64,000 nucleotides of DNA from NCBI GenBank assembly GCA_965113315.1, contig OZ220369.1; one strand, 5' to 3'. The notes below the pieces were generated by a model. It was not told where the DNA came from. It saw only the letters and a program-made list of their open reading frames with translations, and searched no databases. Below, one piece after another: positions 38,241 to 49,450 of the stretch; position 1 is the stretch's first letter, and every line of letters starts with the position of its first letter. Both the position numbers and the translations under genes were made by a program. The stretch comes from Podarcis vaucheri (Eukaryota).

Positions 38241-38462
38241 TACAGTAGAAACTATACTTATGACTGCCTCTACTTGGGCCTGATCCAAGTTGCGACCATA
38301 GCAAACCCAGAAGTAAATACCGGGTTTGCTGCAATTCGTGCATGCGCAAAAGTGGCTGCCGCTGAATGCACCTGCACATAACAGCGCTTCTACCAGCGAC
38401 CCTGTTCAACTTATGGACGGACCTCTGGAATTGATTACGTCCGTAAGTAGAGGTTCCACTGA
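38241..38462. mobile_element. Tc1/mariner-pogo-type MITE (degenerate)
   Basis: TACAGTAGAAACTATACTTA ... TAAGTAGAGGTTCCACTG imperfect TIRs. Confidence 0.65.
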
Positions 38463-38674
38463 CAAGTGAAACAGAGTATATTTTGCCAGCTGTCTGATTA
38501 TCAGCTGCCATTTAAAGCCTAAACCAGTTTTAAAACATTAAAAGATTAAAAATAAGTTTGGCAGTGGTGGTACTGAAACTCAGGAATTACTGCTTCTATG
38601 GAATCCTTATGCACCAGATAAGCATACAAAACATAATGCTATGAGTGTGCATTCTCAGAGACTGGAACACTTAC

Positions 38675-38798
38675 CGGCAGGTGCTAGGGATTTCAGTGAC
38701 TCTAAAAGATGAGGACTAGAAAACTTGACCATACATCTAAACGGGTCTTTATTGTTCAAGATACCATTTTCTTGTTCATTTCTGAACATAGTCTCAAG
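38675..38798 (-). CDS. CENPN: CENPN coding exon 9
   Basis: LETMFRNEQENGILNNKDPFRCMVKFSSPHLLESLKSLAPA; AG/GT flanks; 124 nt. Confidence 0.94.
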
Positions 38799-40194
38799 CT
38801 GTAAGTCAAATCAATAAATGGGTTTATAAAAAAGAGCTCTTTGTAGTTTATAATAAGCAGATAATTATTTTTACAGTTCAAAGTACTAAAACTACACTTC
38901 ATTTTCAGCCAACAGATTATTACACTCAGGATCCTGGTTTAAGATACCATGGTGGTCCATTAATTATCTGCTCTCAGAATCCAACAGTTATCCTTTCTCG
39001 CACCTCATTTTAAAAGAGCTTTATGCATTTTCTTTAAGAAATCTACAAACAGGAACAGCAACTTTTTCAGATTTTACAATCCTGTTTTTTCCAAAGTACT
39101 TATGCTTTCTTAAGTATGTGTGTGTATACACACACACACAGCCAATCAGTGAAGCTTGAGCTCCACATATGGAGAACTATATCACTCTGGTGGAATTCTA
39201 CCTGTATTGTACCACTTTACTTGGGCCTTCTGTCACAAAGACATTAAAGAAAACAGGTTCAATAGATGTGCATTTAAAAAAACCCAAAGAGTGCCCCCCT
39301 GTGGCAAATAGGCAACAATGCCTAAAACAGCCTCATTCATAGTTTTAAAGAACCCAAAACACCTGCAGCAATTTTGATTCCATTTTTATCACTGCACTAA
39401 GCTACATATTCTAATTTACTGTCACTATTGGCTCAATTAAAAAGCGTAAGAATTACTTCAGTCTCAGTACACTACCCTCTGGGGTAGTTGTGAATTGAGA
39501 AAAGTACTTTAACATTTCAAGACCATGATGTATCAATTACAACATCAAAGGAATATCACCATTCTGTATACAGGGTAATGATCTGCATGCACGGCTGGAA
39601 ATCCCATGTGTATGTAAAATAGTTAATTTAAGAAAAGTAAGCCATTTAAGCCCAGGGTTTTAGACTGTATTTCAAGCAGTCTATACAGTATAAGAATGGA
39701 CTCATGCAACACTTAGGAACAAATCAATACTCTTTCAGTTAGTACAATGAAATCTGCACGCTAACAGTTGACCTATCTTATAAAAATTGTAGGGCTGCTA
39801 CAGAAATAGAAAACTTAGTCAATAATATGAATTTTAGGCCACAAACAACTCTAATTGAACATAGGAACTTACTTCTGAGTAAACAAATGGGATTGAAGTG
39901 GTAATAGAATAAACAGAATAAAAACTGAACTTGTTTGTGCATCTTACACAGGGGAGTACCTCCCCTGACATGGTGCCTACCTCCAGTTTCATATATCCCA
40001 TATTTCTTTTTAATCTGATTAATGGCACCTTTTTCAGTTGATCAAATAGTCTTATTCAATTAATCTAAGTAGTTAACTGACACTTCAGCCCTAAGTATTG
40101 TTTTGTGCAAAAATAAATTTTATAGAATACATATACATAATAAATGTATATTTGTGCATTAAAATTATATAATATGCATTAAATATAATTTTAC

Positions 40195-40307
40195 CTTGTA
40201 TTGTGCAAACTCTAGTTTTGGCTGAGGACCATCACCAAAGGCTTCCTCATTAATTCTTTCAGTTCTTTCCTTTTTAAGTTTATCTTCCTTAACTATATTT
40301 GGATCCA
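40195..40307 (-). CDS. CENPN: CENPN coding exon 8
   Basis: DPNIVKEDKLKKERTERINEEAFGDGPQPKLEFAQYK; 113 nt. Confidence 0.94.
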
Positions 40308-40823
40308 CTGAAAGTACAGAACCATATAAAATTTCATGTAAAATGTTATCCTTTTCAAAGTGGCATTCAGAACTGAACAGAATTCCAAAGATGTAAAGGT
40401 CATGATGCAACAGAGTAAGACATACACACGCAGTCCACTGTTGTGTGCTTGAAGTACTATATGAATTGTGCTGCAGTGCCCCCCCCCATTCATTTACTCT
40501 ATAACAAACATACTAAAAGTGAACATATCAACACCAGAGAAAGCTATGAACTTCCAGCTGTGAGTTAAATGCATGCAAGACAAATATTAGCCACTATTTA
40601 AGTTTCTGAATATTTATTTAAATATTTTAGAAGATTTATAAACCTCTCCAATTAGTGCACAACTTGCTGAACCACTTCCTGTGCACACGCACATAGGGGA
40701 TATGGGCACCCCAAAACAGATAGTCATGTGGTAAACATGGATCTCCTTACAATGGCCAGACTTCTTAATATTTAAATATACTGTTTTGCTATATAGAGTT
40801 TTAAGCCAAGATATGATGGATAC

Positions 40824-40881
40824 CTCTTTGCAGAATGCAATTTCGTTCTTGTTGAGGTTGTGGGTGATGAGTTTGAAATTT
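40824..40881 (-). CDS. CENPN: CENPN coding exon 7 (variable linker)
   Basis: CTCTTCCAG|KFQTHHPQPQQERNCILQR|GTATCC; 58 nt, which restores phase between its neighbours. Confidence 0.82.
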
Positions 40882-41835
40882 CTGGAAGAGGGGGGTCCAT
40901 GGAGAGATAGAATAGTGATAGAACATTGTTAGTGTATTTTTGCCTCTAATGAGTGATTGTATGAAACTGCATTGCATTCAATGCTTGTCCTACTTAGAAA
41001 AGACCCACTGAAGTGAATGGGCATGACTAAATTAGGTCCATCAATTTCAATGGGTCTACTCCAAGTAGGACTTTGTATACAACCAATATTCCAAGTTCAT
41101 TGACTTAAGACCCAGTTTGCATGCCATGAGAAACTGTTAACTATATATTATGCTTAATGACTCCATCAGGGCTGTTTTGCTCCTCCTTCTAGTTTATGAA
41201 GAAACAAACCAAATCACTGGCTTAGCATCACAAAACTGCAATCTGATTTATATTAAAAATGCTGACTTCTTGTTGTGGTTTGTTTAGAGGGAAACACAAA
41301 CCACAACCTCTGCTTTGAACATTAGACTAAACAAAGTATTTTTCCTTCTTGCCAGTGCTCAGTGAAGGACCCTTGGCTCAACTCTCTCTTCAATAACCAC
41401 GAAATGTAGCCAAGAACAAACCTTGGCTACAGCTCATGGTTAGTGAACAGAGATCTTAACCACAAGCTGCAGTTCAGACAGCACATCAAGCCAAACCTTG
41501 GCTTAGCACAATAGCAAACAGGACAGGGGAGGAGCAAAGTGACTAAGCAAGGTTCAGCTTAGCATGCAATGCAGTTCAATGGCATATTTTGAGATTAAGT
41601 GATAACAGACAGAAATGATAAAAACTCAATAACGGCTCTAAAAGCAGGAGGGAAACTAATTCTGGCCTTTATTATCTCTTCCTGATTGTAAGACTGTACA
41701 GCTCTGTACCACTATAATCAATCTCTTTGAAGGAGAAAATTTCCTTACCTCCTGAGAATTTTAGAAGCAGGCCTAAGATTTAAACACCCCCCCCCAAAAA
41801 AAATTGACTTAGAATAGTATACTTAAATAACTCAC

Positions 41836-41937
41836 CTGGCTACATCGCTTAAGTAAAATATCTTTAAGCGAGTCTAAACAATGGCTTCGGAGGTCCATTT
41901 CATGGATGTCATTGTAACTGGCGGCAATCAGCAGGGC
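41836..41937 (-). CDS. CENPN: CENPN coding exon 6
   Basis: ALLIAASYNDIHEMDLRSHCLDSLKDILLKRCSQ|GTGAG; 102 nt; AAG acceptor. Confidence 0.93.
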
Positions 41938-42170
41938 CTTTAATTAAAAATGAAGGTGCTAGTTTAGTTGGAGTTGAAAGAGTTGTTCCATTATTTCTGT
42001 TTTAGAATTGGAATTTGATATTGAATTTCAGAGTATACACCTCTGTAGGATATCATGCAACTGAGCAGTAATTTCCAGTTGCTTGTTCATTCACTCTTAC
42101 TAAATCTAAGTTTAGAAATTACCTTGAAGATGACAGAAAAACAAATCTTTACCAGACATAATGTATTTAC

Positions 42171-42347
42171 CTGCAAAAGTAACGGTTTGCAGTTCTTATT
42201 TCTAGAGCTGGATATGAACACATAAGGAGTCTGTGAAATGTAAGCTACATAGGATGGCTTGTATTGGTTGGGCTTTGTATACTGTGTTCCCCATGCAATG
42301 CGAATCCAAATTGCATTGTCTTCAAACTCTTTAAAGCTGATAGTTAC
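42171..42347 (-). CDS. CENPN: CENPN coding exon 5
   Basis: VTISFKEFEDNAIWIRIAWGTQYTKPNQYKPSYVAYISQTPY... (highly conserved CENP-N motif); 177 nt. Confidence 0.97.
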
Positions 42348-42753
42348 CTGAAGTGTAGATAAAGGAAAAATATATATTGCAATCTAGCTGGCAGAAGTGG
42401 GCACTCAAAGTACTGAGAACCCTATATTTAAAGGCCAAGAAGTATAGATATAGTTGTTTCTTATATGTGTGTTACAAGAGGCAGAAAACACATCATGAAC
42501 TACTTTAACACAATGGTTTCTACAATGTATACAAAGAAGTTATGAGATATGAAGCACACCTAATTACCTTCCAATATGATACTAAATACTGCATTAAAAA
42601 AAACACAAAAAACCCAAGGATCACTGCTAAATTGGATAGATGGTAGACATTTCTCCATTTAGTTTCAAATTACTATAAATTTACATTATTTTTATACAAC
42701 AGGATAACAAAACATTTAAGAGAACCCAAAATATTAGCATTGTTTATGCTCAC

Positions 42754-42830
42754 ATTTTTCAAAGCTGATTGAAGACTTCTTTTAAATTTCTTTTTAAAAT
42801 CTGCAAAGTCAAAAATGTCATATTCATCAC
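42754..42830 (-). CDS. CENPN: CENPN coding exon 4
   Basis: GDEYDIFDFADFKKKFKRSLQSALKN|GTGAG; 77 nt. Confidence 0.93.
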
Positions 42831-43639
42831 CTGCCAATAAAACAAAACATTTTAAAATAAGCTTCATTCCAAACATAACTTGCATTATTTTACTTCAAGC
42901 ATGCAAAATACCAAATTATTTATTTATTATTAATAATTTTAAAATCCTGCTCTTTAGTTAAAAAACTTTTCTGAGACGGTCTCATATCCCTGCCCTCAGG
43001 AATGCAATCAAAAATATGAAATACAAAACGAAAAAGGGTTGGGAGAGAAATAAAATTTAGTCACTATTCCTCAGTTCTTATAATGATCACCTGGAATTAC
43101 AGGAATTCAAGGAGAGAAGGGGCCAAAGTTTCTGATGTTCCAGCAGAGTTTATGGAAAGATCCCGCAGTACCTTCTCCTATCGGATGGAATGGCTGCTGT
43201 AGACATTTAGACGTTTATGGAAAGTGCATAATAAAGTTGCTCTTTCCTCAAAGCAAGTCTAGAGCTGGTGTAATGAAAACTAATCTGCCACCCTGGCTGG
43301 CATGAGTTGGTGAGGCTTAGGATATGGTGGTGGATTCATACATACACACATCCCAGTTAGATTGCTCTGTTCATTTCCTGGGGGAAATGTTTTATTATGG
43401 AAGGAAGAAGTATATCTTGGCCTTTAAGTAGCATTAAGAAAAACCCAACCCTTTGAGCTCTGCTAAACAGTCAAAGGTCTGCAAGAAAAACAGCAAAATT
43501 TTAGAGGTTTCCAGCAAGTTTTATAAGATAGCTGACATAATCCACTTTAAAGTTAGGATAAGCAAAATAAGACTATAACAGATAACTGGGCACTTCACTT
43601 ATTTATATAATGCTTTTGATAATTATAAACACTTCCCAC

Positions 43640-43696
43640 CTTCTTTTGTCATTTGATAAACAGTCCAAAGCTTTTTGTCCCTGTATGTGTAGTTGT
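43640..43696 (-). CDS. CENPN: CENPN coding exon 3
   Basis: TTTTCCTCAG|(Y)NYTYRDKKLWTVYQMTKE|GTGGGA; 57 nt. Confidence 0.88.
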
Positions 43697-45146
43697 CTGA
43701 GGAAAAATATTTGACAATAAACAGCATTGCTTATTAACACAAGAATCCATAATTGTTATAAGCTAGCAACTCCCTACACAATACAGGAATTTCATATTTC
43801 ATTTTGCTGATTAGTCAACAGTTTTGCTCTTTGTTACAGAAAGGATGGCTAAGTTCTGTACGCTTGGGAACTGATATCTATTACACATTCTGGAGATTAG
43901 AACAATCCAACCCAACCCTTTTCATGGATGATCAGTTTCCATATAATAAAACTGGTTCCACCCAACAATTAAGAGCTTCACAGAAATAGGACATGTGTTT
44001 TCAAATGGTAAGATATAAACAGATTTCCAAATAGTGCAGATACATATTATTCTCATTGGCCACATTTGCAGATAACTCTAATTTTGGCTTACTAAACAAT
44101 ACTGTACACCTATACTCCCACTTTCCTCATCCCTTCATGCAGCCAAAATTTACTTCCTTAACAAGTATAATTGTCAGCAAATTTTAATATCATTCTGATT
44201 ATATTTGCATAGGGCCATTTGTGCCCAAAATTTCTTCAGGAGCCAAATCCAACCTGCAAGTGACTAGTTGAGTTATTTCTTCTTATTGTTATTTCTACCA
44301 TAAAGCAGCTTACAAGAAATGTGAATACAATAAAGATCAAATATTTACCCAAACATTTATTCCAAATTATGAGAGGAAGAGAAATTATGGTTCCTTAACT
44401 TGACATTGGATATAGATTCTTTCAACCTCCATTTACTTTTCAAAAATTGAAGCAAACTAGAAATCAATGCATGATCCGGGGTAGTGTAGTTACATTTTAA
44501 CATTTCACAATGTAAACTATAAATAGCTGCAATGTAAATGTTTACCAAATACTACTGATTTAAGATCACAATGGAATTCAAACCTTCAGATTCTGACAAA
44601 TATTCAAGCTTGTATTTAGTGAGTTATGCAAATACCATTTAATAGTACTGTAATCCTATAAACACTTGTGGCAGTAAGCCAAATTAAACAGTGACACTTG
44701 TAAATAAACAGAGGATGAAGTTGAAAAGAGCATCCTATTTCCTTATCTGGCTCTAAATGTAATTCAAGCTATGTATACTGCAAAGAAATGAAATCTTAGT
44801 CTAGTAGAAACTTCTTTGCTTTGGGAATGTTCATTGGGGAATACGATTACAGTACTGGCTAAACACAATTACTGGGTTGGAGAGGACTCTTGCCTTCTGA
44901 AGATGGTACATGGATAGCTGGGCCTAGTATCACTGTGTAATGAAAACAATACCATCAAATTAAGAGGAAAGGGGAGTGATCAACTACCTTGTATTACCTA
45001 AAAGTTAAATGATTTATTTTTTCGACAAGACAAATATTAATCTAATCAAAAGGAAGTGCTGAGTGCTTAACCAAAATCTAACTGATTTATACCAAAACAG
45101 AAACTAATCACAACAACAACAAAATATAAGAAAACACTTCACTTAC

Positions 45147-45192
45147 AAATTATGTCTAGATCTGCTGCACGCTGGATAGTTGCATGGTTTTC
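45147..45192 (-). CDS. CENPN: CENPN coding exon 2
   Basis: ENHATIQRAADLDII|GTAAGT; 46 nt. Confidence 0.9.
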
Positions 45193-46051
45193 CTTCAAGA
45201 CAATAAGAACAACTTATCAAAAAAGTTAGACGATATTATATAGGCCCAAATTGCATACAAGGGCAAGCCACAGTTTTTTCCAAATATACTGGTGCATGCT
45301 TCAAACCAGCCCCCTCCCCTCCATGTCATGTTAGGAGAAAACAAAGTAGAACAGTGACCTTGTATTACTTGCGAACCAGCATTAGTGGTTTGTTTTCTCT
45401 AAACAGGTAAGCCAATGTGTGAGCATTCGTTCCCACATAAAACCAAGTCTATGCCCTGATTTGTCTTCTCCAAGCATGGAGGAGGGGGTGGAGGTGAAAG
45501 AGCTGTGTGCACCAGCATGCTACTCATTCACAGTAAACCATGGTTCATGGCTTACTCTTATGTCCAGATCTGGTTAAAAACTGCATTTGTATTAAAATAA
45601 TATTGTTTCATTATTAAGCTCTGAACCTGTAAAATCTATTAGCTATTCATTAGTTGCTTCATTGACAAGAAACTGGGGGCACTCCATCACAGATGAACAA
45701 GGGCTACAACAGTCATGGGTTTTGTTGAAATTCTGCAGAATCATTATACAAATCAAAATGTATCTACAGCCAAAGTATCCCTGAGCCTCACCACAATTGC
45801 TCCAAGGTCACATTTCCCATACAACATGTACAATTTGTAACAGACTGTCAGCGGGAGGGGTTTGTGGCCCTGTCCCCAGGGTTCCAGTTACACAGTGCTC
45901 AGATTTCTGGATTAGGTGCTAAAAGGAGCTCCATCACATTGTCCTGCTACACTCCAGCACTGGAGCAAGAAGATACAGTATGCTCCAGTTCTCAGAACTG
46001 GAACAATAAGATATGCACCCCAAAGGCCAAAGCCAGTGCTATTTTCTACAT

Positions 46052-46191
46052 CAGGCTTCCTTAAACTCGGCCCTTCAGATGTTTTGAGACTACAATTCCC
46101 ATCATCCCTGTCCACTGGTTCTGCTAGCTAGGGATCATGGGAGTTATAGGCCAAAAAACAACAACTGTAGGGCTGAGTTTGAGGAAGCCTG
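46052..46191. mobile_element. hAT-type MITE
   Basis: TIRs CAGGCTTCCT / AGGAAGCCTG; perfect 8-bp TSD TTCTACAT. Confidence 0.88.
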
Positions 46192-46599
46192 TTCTACATC
46201 ATTGCCCATGCAAGGAATAATAGTGACAGAAAAAAGATGGCGTATAAATGTAAGAAAAACGTGCCCCCCAAATGTGCATTCAAAATTCTCTCACTGCAAA
46301 GACCACTACTTTTCACACATGCTCCCATGTGCTCACATCACTGCCTCATCCTCTTATTTGGGTGAAGACATCACCAAAGGTCTGGTGGGTCCTCTATTAA
46401 AGGCACTTGAGAAAGATTTCAGTATTAAGAGACCAACTCCTATTAAAAGTAATTTTAAAACACAGACCACCAATAGTACAGTCATAGTACTTAAATAGTA
46501 CTGTGCTATGTTTCCCAGTAAGCATGTGTTTTATTTTATGCAGAAAAAACACTGACATCTGTACAAATTTCACAATGATCCTTCCAATACTGTTCTCAC

Positions 46600-46770
46600 C
46601 TCACATAGTCGAACTACTTCTTGGGACACATTTTCCTTTAGCTGATGGATGTTTAAAGACTGAAGCTGAGTTTCAGACAGAAACCCCCATGTGGCCAGCA
46701 TTTTCCCCATTTCAGAACGTGGGATTCGCAGCACAGTTCTTCTAATGAATTCAGCTACTCTCTCATCCAT
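46600..46770 (-). CDS. CENPN: CENPN coding exon 1 (exon begins 46780); full CDS 10 exons, 1038 nt, 345 aa
   Basis: MDERVAEFIRRTVLRIPRSEMGKMLATWGFLSETQLQSL...RLCE|GTGAG matches the CENP-N N-terminus. Confidence 0.96.
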
Positions 46771-46822
46771 AATGAAGACCCTTCAAAATAAAATAGAGAT
46801 TAAATATTCAGATACATTACAC

Positions 46823-46958
46823 CAGGTATCCCCAACCTTCGGCCCTCCAGATGTTTTGGACTACAATTCCCATCATCCCTGACCACTGGTCCTGTTAGCC
46901 AGGGATCATGGGAGTTGTAGGCCAAAACATCTGGAGGGCCGCAGGTTGGGGATGCCTG
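46823..46958. mobile_element. hAT-type MITE
   Basis: TIRs CAGGTATCCCCAACCT / AGGTTGGGGATGCCTG; perfect 8-bp TSD CATTACAC. Confidence 0.9.
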
Positions 46959-48699
46959 CATTACACACTGAAGATAGAAAGCATGCAGCAGCAGCAGCTG
47001 TGAAAAAGGTAAATCCAATACAGTATTAAGAATTAGTAGGAAAGGGATTGAAAATAAATGGCAAGAATTGAAATGCTACTATAAGTATTTGCTGCAGCCA
47101 CATCTGGAATCCTGTTACAATTCTGTCTTCATCTTAAAATGGTATCACAAAGCTTCAAAAACCCCAGCCACAACCCTAAAATAATTACAGGTTTGAAACA
47201 CCTTCCAAACAAGAGATGAGCTAAAGTTTTAGAAGCTTAGGAGTTTTGAAAATATAATTAAGAGGGTAGGATAGGAATATTTACAAAATTATGTTGGCAA
47301 AAGTATAGGTGAGAAACCTCTCAGTGGTATAGCTACATATTCCCAAAATTCAGGATAATCACAACAAATTTAGATATTCATCACTTGAGATTTTAAGGTC
47401 TATCATACTATAAAGTAGAACCTACTGTGAATCAATCATCCTATCCGCAACAAGTAGATATTAAATACTTATTTTCTCCTGTGTTTTGGCTACATCAGCC
47501 TGCTTCAGAAGCCAGTACAGGACACACTATTACAACAGGGGTAATCCGTGTGGTACCTTCCAGATCCTATTGGACTCCATCTCTCATCAACCCTAGTCAG
47601 CACCGCCAATAGTCAGGGATGATGCAAGCTGTAGTTCAATTACATCTACATTCTATATTTATCTTGCCATTCCTCCAAATACATGTTCCCCTCATTTTAT
47701 CCTCACAACCTCTGTGAGGTAAACCAGGCTGAGAAAGGAAGTGACTGGTGCATGGTTACTCTCCGTGAGCTCTGTGGATGAATGAGGAAGTGAATCTGGG
47801 ACTATCAGATACCTGCTTTTAGTCTGGCACTGTAAGTGCCACTTTATACTGCCTTTTACTCTTGTGAGAGCAGTGCAACATAAGCATACACTGGACCCTA
47901 CTTTCTTCTGAGAGTTGTTGGAAGATATATTTTTGTAAGAGGGTACCGCATTTTGTTTTTACAATCAAGTTGTCTATAAATGTTATTGAATATAAAAATG
48001 CTTGAAGTATGCAAAATAACAGAGCGTCTCCGACCATCTTGGTGGCAAAAGCCCATGGGGTCCTAGGCACACACATGGGGTCTGTGTCCCTTTGGGGAAT
48101 AGAAGACATGGCAGAGAATGTCATGCTTTAAGAAATATGGTTTATTCACCTATTTACACCTTCAGTCTGAATGAAGTCCAGATTTTACACCATAGTCATT
48201 CCAAAAGGTAGCAGTATAAGTAGCCTGCAGCCACCACACTCCAAATGATGGATCTCAGCTCTTTTATCCTTCTTCACCTAGCTCCCACCCAGCTGTTACC
48301 CTGGCAACCTCCCAAATCCCCAGTCTCAGTTCACACCTGGGGGCAAGAGGGAAGTTTTGTTGTCTTGTTAACCGACTCTATTGTACCGTAGCTCCACCAG
48401 GTTGGTTTGCCAGTCCAGGAATTCCCTGCCTGGCACAGCTGTGAAGTTGGTGTCTTAATCCACATCCCATTTAATCAAACTCCCAATAGTTAATTATTCC
48501 TAGAGTTTGGGGAGGGATCCCCCCAGATCTATTATATCCTCATCAATGAGCAGCAACATCCCCACACACTCCAACCCACTCACTGACATTACCGGTACTT
48601 TGGGGACTACGGGGCGGGGCTCCTATGCCCTTTATCCCTGCTGGCTGGGGCTGATGGGAGCTGCAGTCTCAAACACCAGGAGGGCTCGACATCCGGCAC

Positions 48700-49450
48700 C
48701 CCAGGCCCAAAGGCCATGACTCGGGTTCAAACCCTCTCGGCCACGAAGCTCTCACTGGCTGCGACTTCCTCTCCCGGTCCTATCCTACCTCACAGGTTGT
48801 CGCCAGGACGAAATGGGGATCCCACTATGTTAACGGCCGTTCTGAGCTCCTCGGAGGAAGAGCCGGATAAAAATAAACCGACTGATTTACAACGTACCGT
48901 TTCCCCGGCTCGCTTTCTTCTGAGGGAAAGGGGCTGCCCCTGTTACCTCAGCGGCGCTCCCCCACCCTCAAGTCGAACTTACTCGGCCCCGTCCTTCCCA
49001 TCTCCGGCGTCCAGCCGCCGCCTCTTTGCCATCTTCTTTTTCGGCTTACGAAGCCCTCCCGCCGCCCGCCGCCAAACCGTCCCCTCAGCTTTGAACCAGC
49101 CAATCAGCTGCCGCCTTCTCGTCCTCCGAAGCCAATCACCGCCCTAGCGGTGCCACGCGCCGCCTTGGCGGCTGCGCAGAGCTCGAACCGCGATAGCCAA
49201 GAGAAGCCCCCTAGCGTTCCTCGTCTCCTGTTCCGATTGCTTCAGCGTTAGTATAGTGTGCTATCAGCTGCAGCAGGAGAAGAGGCGGGATTTCCGTGTG
49301 ACGGAAGCGGTCAAGAAACAACAACTTCCGGGTCTGAACGAAGCTTACGTCCGGGTTTTGCCCTTTCTTTGAATTTCCGTCTGTTCCAGGCGTGCGGGGA
49401 GTTTTGCAGAACTTAGGTAGGTAAGTGTGAAGCGGGGTCTTCAGTAAGCG
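48700..49450. promoter_or_regulatory. bidirectional CpG-island promoter for CENPN (-) and CMC2 (+), with non-coding first exons
   Basis: CCAAT boxes at 49100 and 49132; TTTGAA (CHR-like) at 49090 and 49368; E2F-like CCGCCAAA at 49069 and GGCGGGA at 49284; ETS-type CGGAAG/CTTCCG at 49302 and 49325. Minus-strand donors at 48947/48946 and 48983/48982; plus-strand donors at 49417 and 49421. Confidence 0.85.

Noticed and set aside
39290-39306. CTCF-like GTGCCCCCCTGTGGCA in a CENPN intron
   Set aside because: It has two mismatches in the core, so it cannot be supported without a PWM score or ChIP data.
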